DNA of 29,750 nt from Archangium sp. (lineage in GTDB: Bacteria > Myxococcota > Myxococcia > Myxococcales > Myxococcaceae). The stretch spans positions 1-29,750 of the forward strand of contig JANLPS010000370.1 of assembly GCA_031367385.1 (NCBI GenBank). The letters are read 5' to 3'. Shown here piece by piece: positions 8,862 to 16,979 of the stretch (position 1 is its first letter; each line of letters starts with the position of its first letter). Both the position numbers and the translations under genes were made by a program. The notes beneath the pieces are model-generated. The model worked only from the letters and a program-made list of their open reading frames with translations, had not been told where the DNA came from and searched no databases.

Positions 8862-8996
8862 TCACCTGAAATGCGCGGTCAAGAACGCGCGCGTCTCAGC
8901 CACGACGCGATCTTGAAAGTGCGGGTCTCGCACCTGCGGCGACCCAGACATCGGCTGGCCACCCTCGTCGAAATAGACGCCGGTCTTGCCCAAGGG
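8862..8996 (-). pseudogene. C-terminal remnant (~44 codons) of an SDR-family oxidoreductase
   Basis: Reads GKTGVYFDEGGQPMSGSPQVRDPHFQDRVVAETRAFLTAHFR*, which I recognise as an extended-SDR C-terminus (TGxYF...V+D...R+..ET). No Rossmann or YxxxK part upstream. Orientation is divergent to the LysR. Confidence 0.6.
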
Positions 8997-9251
8997 CGGG
9001 GCACCGACGGCCGCCGCGACTCGTCGAAGCTCGTCGACACCGGAGAGCAGGGCGAAGTGACGGAGATGCACGTCAACTCGTACAAGCCCATCGTCACCAA
9101 CACGTTGAGCATCATCGCGGGCACGCGGCCGGCAGTGAAGCCGGTGGCGACCAACGGCGACAGCACCTCGGCGGCTCAGACGCGGCTCGCGTTGGGTGTG
9201 CACGAATTCTATGACCGCAAGGTCGACTCCCAGCGCCTTGAGACGGAGTGA
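8994..9251 (+). pseudogene. Fragment resembling the N-terminal region of a tailed-phage portal protein
   Basis: DSSKLVDTGEQGEVTEMHVNSYKPIVTNTLSIIAGTRPAVKPVATNGDSTSAAQTRLALGVHEFYDRK fits a pattern I recall from P22-like portal proteins (GEQGE..VN...RP...A.N.D..S..QT.LA.G...Y). Only ~85 codons. Recalled similarity, not a search result. Confidence 0.55.
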
Positions 9252-9266
9252 AACCGGAGCCCCAAG

Positions 9267-10184
9267 GTGGATCGACAGCTGGCGATGCGCGTCTTCGTGA
9301 AAGTGGCGGAGCTCCAGAGCTTCACGCAAGCGGCGCAGCTGCTCGGGGTGCCCAAGGCGACCGCCACGACGACCGTTCAAGACCTCGAGGCGTTGGTTCA
9401 AGCCAGGCTGCTCAACCGCACCACGCGCCGGGTCGAGCTCACCGCCGAAGGGGTCACGTTCTTCGAGCGTTGCAAAGACGTGCTCAGCGACCTCGACGAG
9501 ATGGAGTCGATGTTTCAAATCGGGTCGACGCAGGTCAAAGGCAAGATTCGCGTCGACATGGCGAGCTCACTGGCACGAGACGTCGTCATCCCCCAGCTCC
9601 CGAAGTTCTTCGAGCTCTACCCGGAGATCGAGGTCGAGATCATCGGAGTCGATCGCAAGGTCGACCTGATCAGAGAAGGCATCGACTGCACCATTCGAGG
9701 CGGGCCACTCGAACCAGGCCTTGGCGCCATCGAGCTCAACTGGGGCGAGGTGAAGATCGTCAACGTCGCAAGCCCCGCGTACCTCAAGAAATTCGGCAAG
9801 CCGAAGAACCTTGCCGATCTGAAGCACCATCACCTGGTCAACTACGTCACCGCGTTCGGAGCGAAACCCGACGGCTTCGAATATTTTGACGGTGAACGAA
9901 ATCGCCAAATCACTATGAAGAGCGTCATCTCAGTCGCCACCATCGACGCCTACAAAGCGGCTGCGCTCGCCGGGCTCGGCATCTGCCAGAGCCCGAAGAT
10001 CGGCGTTCGGCAGTACCTCAAGAGCGCCCAGCTCATCGAAGTGCTGCCGGCGTTTCGGCCCAAGCCCACCAGCAACGCGAAGATCGTCTACTCGCAGCGA
10101 CGGCTCTTGGCGAAGCGCGTTCGTGCCTTCATCGAGTGGGTGACGCCGGTGCTTCGAAAGTACTTCGACGGCCAAGACGCCTAG
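9267..10184 (+). CDS. LysR-family transcriptional regulator (CrgA-like)
   Basis: HTH FVKVAELQSFTQAAQLLG...LLNRTTRRVELTAEG; GKIRVD; VDLIREGIDCTIR; VASPAYL; GGAG upstream of the GTG start. Confidence 0.95.
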   Translation: MDRQLAMRVFVKVAELQSFTQAAQLLGVPKATATTTVQDLEALVQARLLNRTTRRVELTAEGVTFFERCKDVLSDLDEMESMFQIGSTQVKGKIRVDMASSLARDVVIPQLPKFFELYPEIEVEIIGVDRKVDLIREGIDCTIRGGPLEPGLGAIELNWGEVKIVNVASPAYLKKFGKPKNLADLKHHHLVNYVTAFGAKPDGFEYFDGERNRQITMKSVISVATIDAYKAAALAGLGICQSPKIGVRQYLKSAQLIEVLPAFRPKPTSNAKIVYSQRRLLAKRVRAFIEWVTPVLRKYFDGQDA

Positions 10185-10384
10185 CTCAGCCGCCAGTCAT
10201 TCAAGAGCTGCGAGGCGGTCAGCGTGAAGATGCTGTCGTCACCGCCCTCGAAAGGTCGCACGGTCACGTACTGCGAACCGTCGCGCATCGTGCCGTACCC
10301 GAGCACCGAGAATTGCCGGCCCTCGAGATCAAGCGCCACCAGCACCCTCGCTTCATCGACCGCCCATCGAATCGCATCGAGCAT
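10181..10384 (-). CDS. Small hypothetical protein (67 aa)
   Basis: ATG start, globular beta-rich composition, stop overlaps the LysR stop (CTAG); no family recognised. Confidence 0.5.
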   Translation of the reverse strand: MLDAIRWAVDEARVLVALDLEGRQFSVLGYGTMRDGSQYVTVRPFEGGDDSIFTLTASQLLNDWRLS

Positions 10385-10518
10385 CTCTCATTGTCTGAAC
10401 GAGCCTTGGGCGAGTTGAGGCTTCTTGGCAGATGAGAAACTCGACGAAAGCTGACGAGTGCCAGCATGTGTTTTGGCGATCTTCGTCGTTCGGGCTCGGT
10501 TCGGCGTTTCTCAGCAAC

Positions 10519-11466
10519 CTAGAATTTGGCGAAGAAGGTCACGCCGCCGGGGCCCACCGACACCGCGACGTCATCGGTCGTCAGGTAGCTGACGGTCAGC
10601 CACACCGAGATGCCGCCCGCGACGATCGCGGCCAGGCCGAAGATGTCGGCCACCGCGCTCATGCTGCCGGTGCGCGAGGCAACGGTGTTCAAGGTCGCCT
10701 GGGGCACGCCGAGCGTGGCCTTGGCCTTGGCGAGGTCTGCGGCCGCTCCGAACGCGAGCCCGGCGAAGATGCTGCCGGTCACAGCCAGCACGCCCGTGGT
10801 GACCCACATGATGATCATCGGCCCCTTGCTCTTGACCGCGGGGGCGGCTGCCGCCTGACGCGAGACGAGCGAGGGCCCGCCGTTGCCGGCGTTGCCGTTG
10901 TCGCGAGGCGTCTCTTGGGGCACGGTGTTGCCGAGCGTGACGTTGGCGGTCTCGAGGCCCGCCACGTCGATCACCCGTGACTGCGGAGCGCGGCCCGGCA
11001 GCACCACCGTCACCGTGTGACGCCCGGTGTTGGCGACGATCGGCTGTGAGAGCGGCGCGGTGCCGACCGACTCATCGTCGAGCAAGACCTCGGCGCCTTC
11101 AGCGGTGGTCACCACGATGCGACCGATGCGGGTCTTGACCCGCTCGAGCTCGCCCCGCACCTCTTCGCGGCGGCTCGAGTTCACGTCGGAGCCACCTTCT
11201 TTGAGGTACCGCGAGAAGGCCACCTGGGCCTTGGCGTACTCGAGCAGCTGCAGGTGCACCTGGCCGATGTTGTAGAGCAGCTTGTAGTTGGGCACGAGCT
11301 GATAGGCGCGCTCGAACTCGATCAACGCGCCACGGTAATTGCCCTCGTCGTAGAGGTCAGCGCCGCGCTTGAAGCGTGACTTGGCCTCGTCGTTGGCCTT
11401 GTCAGCGAACGTGACGCTCGCGAGTGACAGGGTCATGACGAAGAGAATGCGGCTCAATTTTCCCAT
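10519..11466 (-). CDS. Exported TPR + PEGA domain protein with hydrophobic C-terminus
   Basis: Signal peptide ending VTFA; TPR (AKSRFKRGADLYDEGNYRGALIEFERAY, LLYNIGQV); PEGA (GAEVLLDDESVGTAPL...GRHTVTV); two hydrophobic helices; terminal Phe. Confidence 0.88.
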   Translation of the reverse strand: MGKLSRILFVMTLSLASVTFADKANDEAKSRFKRGADLYDEGNYRGALIEFERAYQLVPNYKLLYNIGQVHLQLLEYAKAQVAFSRYLKEGGSDVNSSRREEVRGELERVKTRIGRIVVTTAEGAEVLLDDESVGTAPLSQPIVANTGRHTVTVVLPGRAPQSRVIDVAGLETANVTLGNTVPQETPRDNGNAGNGGPSLVSRQAAAAPAVKSKGPMIIMWVTTGVLAVTGSIFAGLAFGAAADLAKAKATLGVPQATLNTVASRTGSMSAVADIFGLAAIVAGGISVWLTVSYLTTDDVAVSVGPGGVTFFAKF

Positions 11467-13418
11467 GGCGTGTTCCGATCGATTTCTTGTTTCTTGTCGT
11501 CAAAGACTTCGGTGTCGATGTTGTGCTGCTTGCCCGAGACCGTTGGCGGCTTCTTCGGGGTCAGCTCCTGAATCGTGTTCGAGTCGGGCTGGGTCGGCTC
11601 ATCTTTGACGACCACTCCCGGGCGCGAGGGCGGCGAGACTTTGGGCGGAGGCCGCCGAATCGCCACGGCTGGCGGGTTCTTGTTCACCTGCGGCGGCGCC
11701 ACTTCGACCACCGCGGGCGGAGGCCGATTCGCCGGTTGCTCGCGCACGGCGAGGGGTTGCATCGACCAATTCACCGAGAGATCGCGGTCGAACATCACCT
11801 CGCGGCTGAGCACCTCGAAGCCGTCGGCGTGGGCCACCAGCTTGTGCGACCGGCCATCGACCTTCTCGGTCGTGAACGGGTTCGCGACGGGCGCCCCATC
11901 GAGCTCGAGCGTGGCGCCCGCGGGCTGCACGGCGATCTCGACGCGGCGTTCTTTGGGGGCCTCGTGCGCGGGTTCTTTGGTGGGGGCCTCGGCGACCGGC
12001 GTTGGCCGAGTGGCCACGGGCTGCCGACTCGCGAGCCACACCACCAGGCCGACCAGCACCGCAAAGCCGGCGGCCACCAGGCCGACGATCAGCCTCGTGG
12101 TGGAGTCGCGGTTTTCGGGCGGGTCGGGTCTGCGGGCCGCGGTGCGCACGCCACGGTCTGACTTCGGAGCACGTGGGGCCGACGGCGCAGGCGCCTCCGA
12201 GAGCATCGGGTCGTTGCCGCCGTAGCTTGGAGGCTCGGGGGGCAACGGCTGCACTTGAGAGGGCCGTGATTGATAGGGCACCTGCGCACTCGCGGTGGCC
12301 GGCGCCGCGTTGTCGGTGCCCGAGGCGGCTGAGATCGAGGCCTGCGACGAGATCGGCGTGTAGCCGCTGCCGCGTGAACGAAACGGCATCGGCGTGAGCG
12401 TGGCGTGCGAGCTCATCGGCGGCCGGCTGGGGTTTGGCAGCGGCACGTTGACCGAGATCGGCGCGCCGACCTGGTTGAGCTGCTGATCGATCATCGCGTT
12501 GAAGCGTTGGCGCTCCTGCGCGACCAACGGGGCGATGAACGCAGCGAGCTCTTCGGTGCTGACCGGGCCTCCGACCGTGCCCAGGTACAAGTCGAGCGCC
12601 CCTTTGAAGTCTTGCGCGCTGGCGGTGCGCTGCTCGCGGTCGGGCATCAACGCGCCCTTGCAGATCTCTTCGAGCAGCGGCTCGATGCCGGCCTGCTCGA
12701 TGTCGGGTATCTCGCCGTGAATCAAGCGTGCCGAGATCACCGCGGTAGTGCCCTCGCCCCAGAACGGCTTTCGGGTGATCGCCTCGGCCAGCAGCACGCC
12801 CACTGAGAAGACGTCAGCGCGGGCGTCGACCGGGTTGCCCAGCGCCTGCTCGGGCGACATGTAGTTGAGCTTGCCGCGGTAGAACCCCGCCTGGGTCATG
12901 GTGCGGCTGTCGCTGGTCTTGGCGATGCCGAAGTCGAGCAGTTTGCACTCGCCTTGCGAGGTGATCATGATGTTTTGCGGCGACACATCGCGGTGCACCA
13001 CGCACAGCGGCGTGCCGTCGAAGTCTTTCAAGGTGTGAGCGTAGTGCAGGCCGGTGAGCACGCCCGACAAGATCTGCACCAGCATGCGCAGCGGTACTCC
13101 GCCCATGCCGGCCGAGAGCCGGTTGAGCAGGTACAGCGAGGGCCCGTCGAGGTACTCCATCACGATGTACTGGCGGCCGTTCTCTTCGCCGACCTCGTAC
13201 GTCTGCACGATGTTGGAGTGCGTCAGACGGGCCGAGAGCCGGGCCTCGTCGAGAAACATCTGGGCGAAGGCGGGGTCGTCGCTCACCCGCGACACTTTGA
13301 TCACCACCAGCTTCTGAAACCCGCCCAGGCCGTTCGACGCGGCCAGGTACACGTCCGACATGCCGCCCCGGCCGAGCTCGGCGAGGAGGCGGTATCTGCC
13401 GATTGTCGTATCGCTCAC
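11454..13418 (-). CDS. Membrane Ser/Thr protein kinase (Hanks/Pkn type) with extracytoplasmic PEGA-like domain
   Basis: LGRGGMSDVY, VVIK, HRDVSPQN, DFGIAK, YMSPEQ, DVFSVG; Pro-rich linker; TM LIVGLVAAGFAVLVGLVVWLA; IAVQPAGATLELDG. Confidence 0.95.
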   Translation of the reverse strand: MSDTTIGRYRLLAELGRGGMSDVYLAASNGLGGFQKLVVIKVSRVSDDPAFAQMFLDEARLSARLTHSNIVQTYEVGEENGRQYIVMEYLDGPSLYLLNRLSAGMGGVPLRMLVQILSGVLTGLHYAHTLKDFDGTPLCVVHRDVSPQNIMITSQGECKLLDFGIAKTSDSRTMTQAGFYRGKLNYMSPEQALGNPVDARADVFSVGVLLAEAITRKPFWGEGTTAVISARLIHGEIPDIEQAGIEPLLEEICKGALMPDREQRTASAQDFKGALDLYLGTVGGPVSTEELAAFIAPLVAQERQRFNAMIDQQLNQVGAPISVNVPLPNPSRPPMSSHATLTPMPFRSRGSGYTPISSQASISAASGTDNAAPATASAQVPYQSRPSQVQPLPPEPPSYGGNDPMLSEAPAPSAPRAPKSDRGVRTAARRPDPPENRDSTTRLIVGLVAAGFAVLVGLVVWLASRQPVATRPTPVAEAPTKEPAHEAPKERRVEIAVQPAGATLELDGAPVANPFTTEKVDGRSHKLVAHADGFEVLSREVMFDRDLSVNWSMQPLAVREQPANRPPPAVVEVAPPQVNKNPPAVAIRRPPPKVSPPSRPGVVVKDEPTQPDSNTIQELTPKKPPTVSGKQHNIDTEVFDDKKQEIDRNTPWEN

Positions 13419-13431
13419 GTGGCTACCACTC

Positions 13432-14919
13432 TTAGAAAAGCTGCAAAGTGTTGTTGCTGAAGAAATAGGTGTTCGAGAATGAACCGTCGGGCTGAATGCC
13501 CGTGCCCCACACCGATTGGCTGTATTGGTGATTGGTCGCGCTGAAGCTGGCCGAGGCGCCGAGCGCCAGGTTGAGCGTGCCGAGGCCTTCGAACGCGGTC
13601 ACCATGCTGTCGGGCGTGATCGGCGTCTTGCTGGCCTTGAGGCCTTCGACGAACAGGCGACCCGCCAAGAACCCCTCGAGCGAGGTGAAGGTCGGGCTTG
13701 CTCCCGCGGCGGCGATCAGCCGGCGGTACTCGTTGACCACTTCGTTCGCGTCGGTGGCGTAGTTGGGCACCACCTGCGAGACGAAGACTTTGTCAGCGTA
13801 GGGCACGGTGCCGCCGGTCGGGGTCTGGAGCGTGCCAAAAGACTTGAGCCGCTCCGCGAGCGCGTCGGGGCCGACGAACGAGACGTTGCTGTAATAAATG
13901 GTCAGCCGGGTCGCCTTCTTGAGCGTGGCCTGCTGCGCGTCGTTGGCGTACTGCCATTCTTTGACGCCCTTGATGAAAGTGCTGCCGGCTGAATAGGTGT
14001 CGGTCATCATGATGCCGACGGTGTGGTTGGCGGAGTCGCCGGCGAGGAGCGTGGTGAGGTAGTCGGTCGTCGCGGTGATCGCGTTCGGCACGCTGGAGAG
14101 ATCGTTGCGGGTGTAGCGGAACCGGCGAATGTTCGGCGCCACGCTCCGCAGCGCGGTGTACGCGGCGACCAGGCCGTTGTAGCCAGCGTCACCGAAGGTG
14201 TCGTTCTGGTCGAAGCTGATCAGGTGCAGGTCGTCAGGCACCTTGGCGACGAAGAAGTACGACAGGGTGGCCATCGCTTCTTGGGCGTAGCTTGCGCGCA
14301 TGTTGAAGATGTACTTGGCGCACGGGCCTGCCTGCGTGTTCCGCAGCATCGTGGTCGCGCCGGTGAACGCTCCGAAGTAGAGGCGCCCGGTCTCGACGGC
14401 GATCGGCGCTGCGCGAACCATGGTGGGGGTGCCCACGGAGCCGACCAGGCCAAGCACCGCGTTGGGGCCGGGGTTGAGGGCGACGGTCGAGAACGGCGTA
14501 CCCGCGGTGGGCGGCGTGGCGGTGGTGGGGCAGTGCGGCGCGTCGGTGCCGGCCTGAGCATCGGTGAGCGAGCGCGCGTTGCTCTCGGCGATCGCCGGGT
14601 CGTACTGGTCATCGAGAAACTTGAGCGTGATCGCCCGGCCGTTGATGCCGCCCAGGTTGTTCTGCACGTCGAAGGCGAGCTGCAGGCCGCGGTTCATCTC
14701 GAGGCCGAGCGCCGCGTTCGAGCCGGTCGCGGGCGCCGATTGCCCGAGCACGATCGGCGCTGGTACGCAGAGCGACGCGACGCACGTGGCGCCCGGGTCG
14801 ATCTTTGCGCACTCAGTGTCTTGAGTGCATTGCTTGGCAGATTTATCGAGAACGAAGGAGCAGGAGGTGAGCGCCAACGAGCAGAACGCGGCGATCAACC
14901 CAAAAATTCGTGAATGCAT
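13432..14919 (-). CDS. Lipoprotein with Cys-rich N-terminal module and type I (LivK-like) periplasmic solute-binding domain
   Basis: Lipobox LTSC; CTQDTEC...ATCVASLC; IVLGQSAPATG, GGINGRAITLKFLDDQYDP, GSVGTPT, FNMRASY, QNDTFG, SLEGFLAGRLFVEGL. Confidence 0.88.
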   Translation of the reverse strand: MHSRIFGLIAAFCSLALTSCSFVLDKSAKQCTQDTECAKIDPGATCVASLCVPAPIVLGQSAPATGSNAALGLEMNRGLQLAFDVQNNLGGINGRAITLKFLDDQYDPAIAESNARSLTDAQAGTDAPHCPTTATPPTAGTPFSTVALNPGPNAVLGLVGSVGTPTMVRAAPIAVETGRLYFGAFTGATTMLRNTQAGPCAKYIFNMRASYAQEAMATLSYFFVAKVPDDLHLISFDQNDTFGDAGYNGLVAAYTALRSVAPNIRRFRYTRNDLSSVPNAITATTDYLTTLLAGDSANHTVGIMMTDTYSAGSTFIKGVKEWQYANDAQQATLKKATRLTIYYSNVSFVGPDALAERLKSFGTLQTPTGGTVPYADKVFVSQVVPNYATDANEVVNEYRRLIAAAGASPTFTSLEGFLAGRLFVEGLKASKTPITPDSMVTAFEGLGTLNLALGASASFSATNHQYSQSVWGTGIQPDGSFSNTYFFSNNTLQLF

Positions 14920-15071
14920 GTGACGGGAGACTGCGCCTGCAAGTGTACTCGGTCAAGAAGTGGAGCCGAACCCACAGCAGCGACCTTTTCACTACCTCGG
15001 CCCCAAGCGCCTGAACGCCAATTCAATTCGTGGCCCGAGGCCACACAGTGAGGTAGGAGCGTCACACTCGA

Positions 15072-15893
15072 ATGTTTCGTCATCGCGAAGACCGCCTGCC
15101 TGTTTTTTTGATTCTGTGTTTGTTCGCCATCGACCTCGCGGTCTACGCGCTGGTCGACTCCGCGTTCGTCATCGTGGCCTGGGCCGGGCTGAGCATGCTG
15201 CCCAAGGCCGGGGTCTGCGCGTTCAACCACCACCACCAGCACGTCGCGACCTTCACCAAGGCGCTGCCGAACCGGCTGCTCGAGATCGTGTATGCGCTCC
15301 ACACTGGCGTGAGCAGCCAGGCGTGGGTGCTCCACCATTCGCTGGGCCACCACCTCAACTACCTGAACCAAGAAAAAGACGAGTCGCGGTGGGCGCGTGA
15401 CGATGGCAGCCGAATGGGCGAATGGGAGTATTCGTTCATCACCGCGGCGACCGCGTACCCTCGGGCCTGGAGCGTCGGGGCGAAATACCCTCGAATTCGC
15501 CGGCTCTTCGTGTCGATGGGCGTGGTGACGTTGGTCATACTCACGGGCCTGGTGGCCTACCGCCCGTTCGCGGGGCTGGCGCTGTTCGTGGTCGCCCCGG
15601 CGATCATGTTGTTCGGCACCGCGATGGCGACCTGGTCGCACCATTCAGACCGCGAAACCGAGAGCCACTTCGTCGCGTGCAACAACATCTTGCAGCCCTT
15701 TTACAACGTGTTGACCGGCAACCTCGGGTATCACACCGCGCATCACTACAAGCCCGGTGTGCACTGGTCGAAGCTGCCAGAGCTGCACTCAGAGATCGCC
15801 GAAAAGATCCCCTCCGAGGCGTATGTCGAGCCCGGCTTCCCGTGGAAGTTGGCGGGCAGCAAGGGCGCGCCGGCGGTGACCGAAGCAGGCTAA
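15072..15893 (+). CDS. Membrane-bound fatty acid desaturase family protein
   Basis: Three His boxes HHHQH, HHSLGHH and HTAHH(YKPGVHWSKLP), separated by hydrophobic segments. Confidence 0.9.
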   Translation: MFRHREDRLPVFLILCLFAIDLAVYALVDSAFVIVAWAGLSMLPKAGVCAFNHHHQHVATFTKALPNRLLEIVYALHTGVSSQAWVLHHSLGHHLNYLNQEKDESRWARDDGSRMGEWEYSFITAATAYPRAWSVGAKYPRIRRLFVSMGVVTLVILTGLVAYRPFAGLALFVVAPAIMLFGTAMATWSHHSDRETESHFVACNNILQPFYNVLTGNLGYHTAHHYKPGVHWSKLPELHSEIAEKIPSEAYVEPGFPWKLAGSKGAPAVTEAG

Positions 15894-15905
15894 GAGGCTT
15901 TCGGC

Positions 15906-16556
15906 ATGAGCACCCTCCAACGATTGCTCAACAACAACCGCGACTGGGTCGCGGAGCGAGTTCGAGAAGACCCCGATTATTTCAAGCGGCTGGCGCGACT
16001 GCAGCAGCCCCAATTCTTGTGGATTGGGTGCTCAGACAGCCGGGTCGCGGCGAACGTGATCACCGGCACCCTGCCCGGCGAGGTCTTCGTTCACCGCAAT
16101 GTGGCGAACCTGGTGATTCACACCGACGTCAACATGCTCTCGGTGCTCGAGTACGCGGTGAACGTGCTGAAGGTCAAAGACGTGATCGTCTGTGGTCACT
16201 ACGGGTGCGGCGGCGTGCTGGCGGCGATGACCAACAAGACCTTCGGCGCGATCAACAAGTGGCTGCGGCACATCAAAGACGTGTACCGTTTTCACGAGGC
16301 CGAAGTGAACGGCCTGCCGACCGAAGAAGAGCGGCAGAACCGGCTGGTCGAGCTCAACGTGCTCGAGCAGGTCAGCAACCTGGCCAAGACCTCGGTGATT
16401 CAAGGGCTGTGGAAGCGCGAACAGCGCCCCACCCTGCACGCGTGGGTCTACGGCCTGCAAACCGGGTTCATCAAGCCGCTGCTCGAGCTCGGGCCCGACA
16501 CGCAAATCGACCCGATTTACCGCTACGACGACCTGGTTCGCAGCGACGAGAGCTGA
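15906..16556 (+). CDS. can: Beta-class carbonic anhydrase
   Basis: WIGCSDSRV, GEVFVHRNVAN, EYAVNVLKV, CGHYGCGGV (Zn ligands), LVELNV. Confidence 0.96.
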   Translation: MSTLQRLLNNNRDWVAERVREDPDYFKRLARLQQPQFLWIGCSDSRVAANVITGTLPGEVFVHRNVANLVIHTDVNMLSVLEYAVNVLKVKDVIVCGHYGCGGVLAAMTNKTFGAINKWLRHIKDVYRFHEAEVNGLPTEEERQNRLVELNVLEQVSNLAKTSVIQGLWKREQRPTLHAWVYGLQTGFIKPLLELGPDTQIDPIYRYDDLVRSDES

Positions 16557-16630
16557 CCACCCGCGCTGGCACCGAGCTCTCGTTTCCTGAGAATCCGCAA
16601 CCGGCGGCGGGGGTGGCGCGATGATGGGGT

Positions 16631-16975
16631 ATGGCCACTCTCACTTGCACGAATGCCTCCCGAAGCGCCGCAGCCGCCACCCTCTCGTACGCCGACCTCG
16701 CGAGCCAGAAAGCCCGCGCATGGGAGGGGGTCTCGACGCCCAAAATCACCCGCATCAACACCGCGTTGGCGAAGCACGAAGAGGCGCTGCCGAGCCTGCT
16801 CAACTACATCATGGCGAAGTGCGGCACCGATGCCTTCGACGAGGCCGCCATGGCCCCGGCGGGCAAGGCCCTCGACACCCTGGGCAACACCCGCGTGCTT
16901 TCGCCCAAGAGCGGAGCGATCGTGAAGTACGACGACATCTTCGGCACCCGGCTCTCAGACAACCCCAGCAAGTAA
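16631..16975 (+). CDS. Hypothetical protein (114 aa)
   Basis: G/C-ending codons, G-rich run upstream of ATG, fills the gap and stops just before the convergent acyl-CoA dehydrogenase stop; no family recognised. Confidence 0.65.
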   Translation: MATLTCTNASRSAAAATLSYADLASQKARAWEGVSTPKITRINTALAKHEEALPSLLNYIMAKCGTDAFDEAAMAPAGKALDTLGNTRVLSPKSGAIVKYDDIFGTRLSDNPSK

Positions 16976-16979
16976 CCTT

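Noticed and set aside
8862..9518. 218-aa minus-strand ORF as a real gene
   Set aside because: Mostly antisense to LysR and the portal-like fragment; only the last ~44 codons look like genuine protein.
10430..10490. CTGACGAG and GAAA as a hammerhead ribozyme core
   Set aside because: GAAA does not follow the putative stem II (the sequence there is GATC), so core order is wrong.
5275..10518. Intact prophage or integrative element at tRNA-Gly
   Set aside because: No integrase, no att duplication seen, and only one short phage-like fragment.
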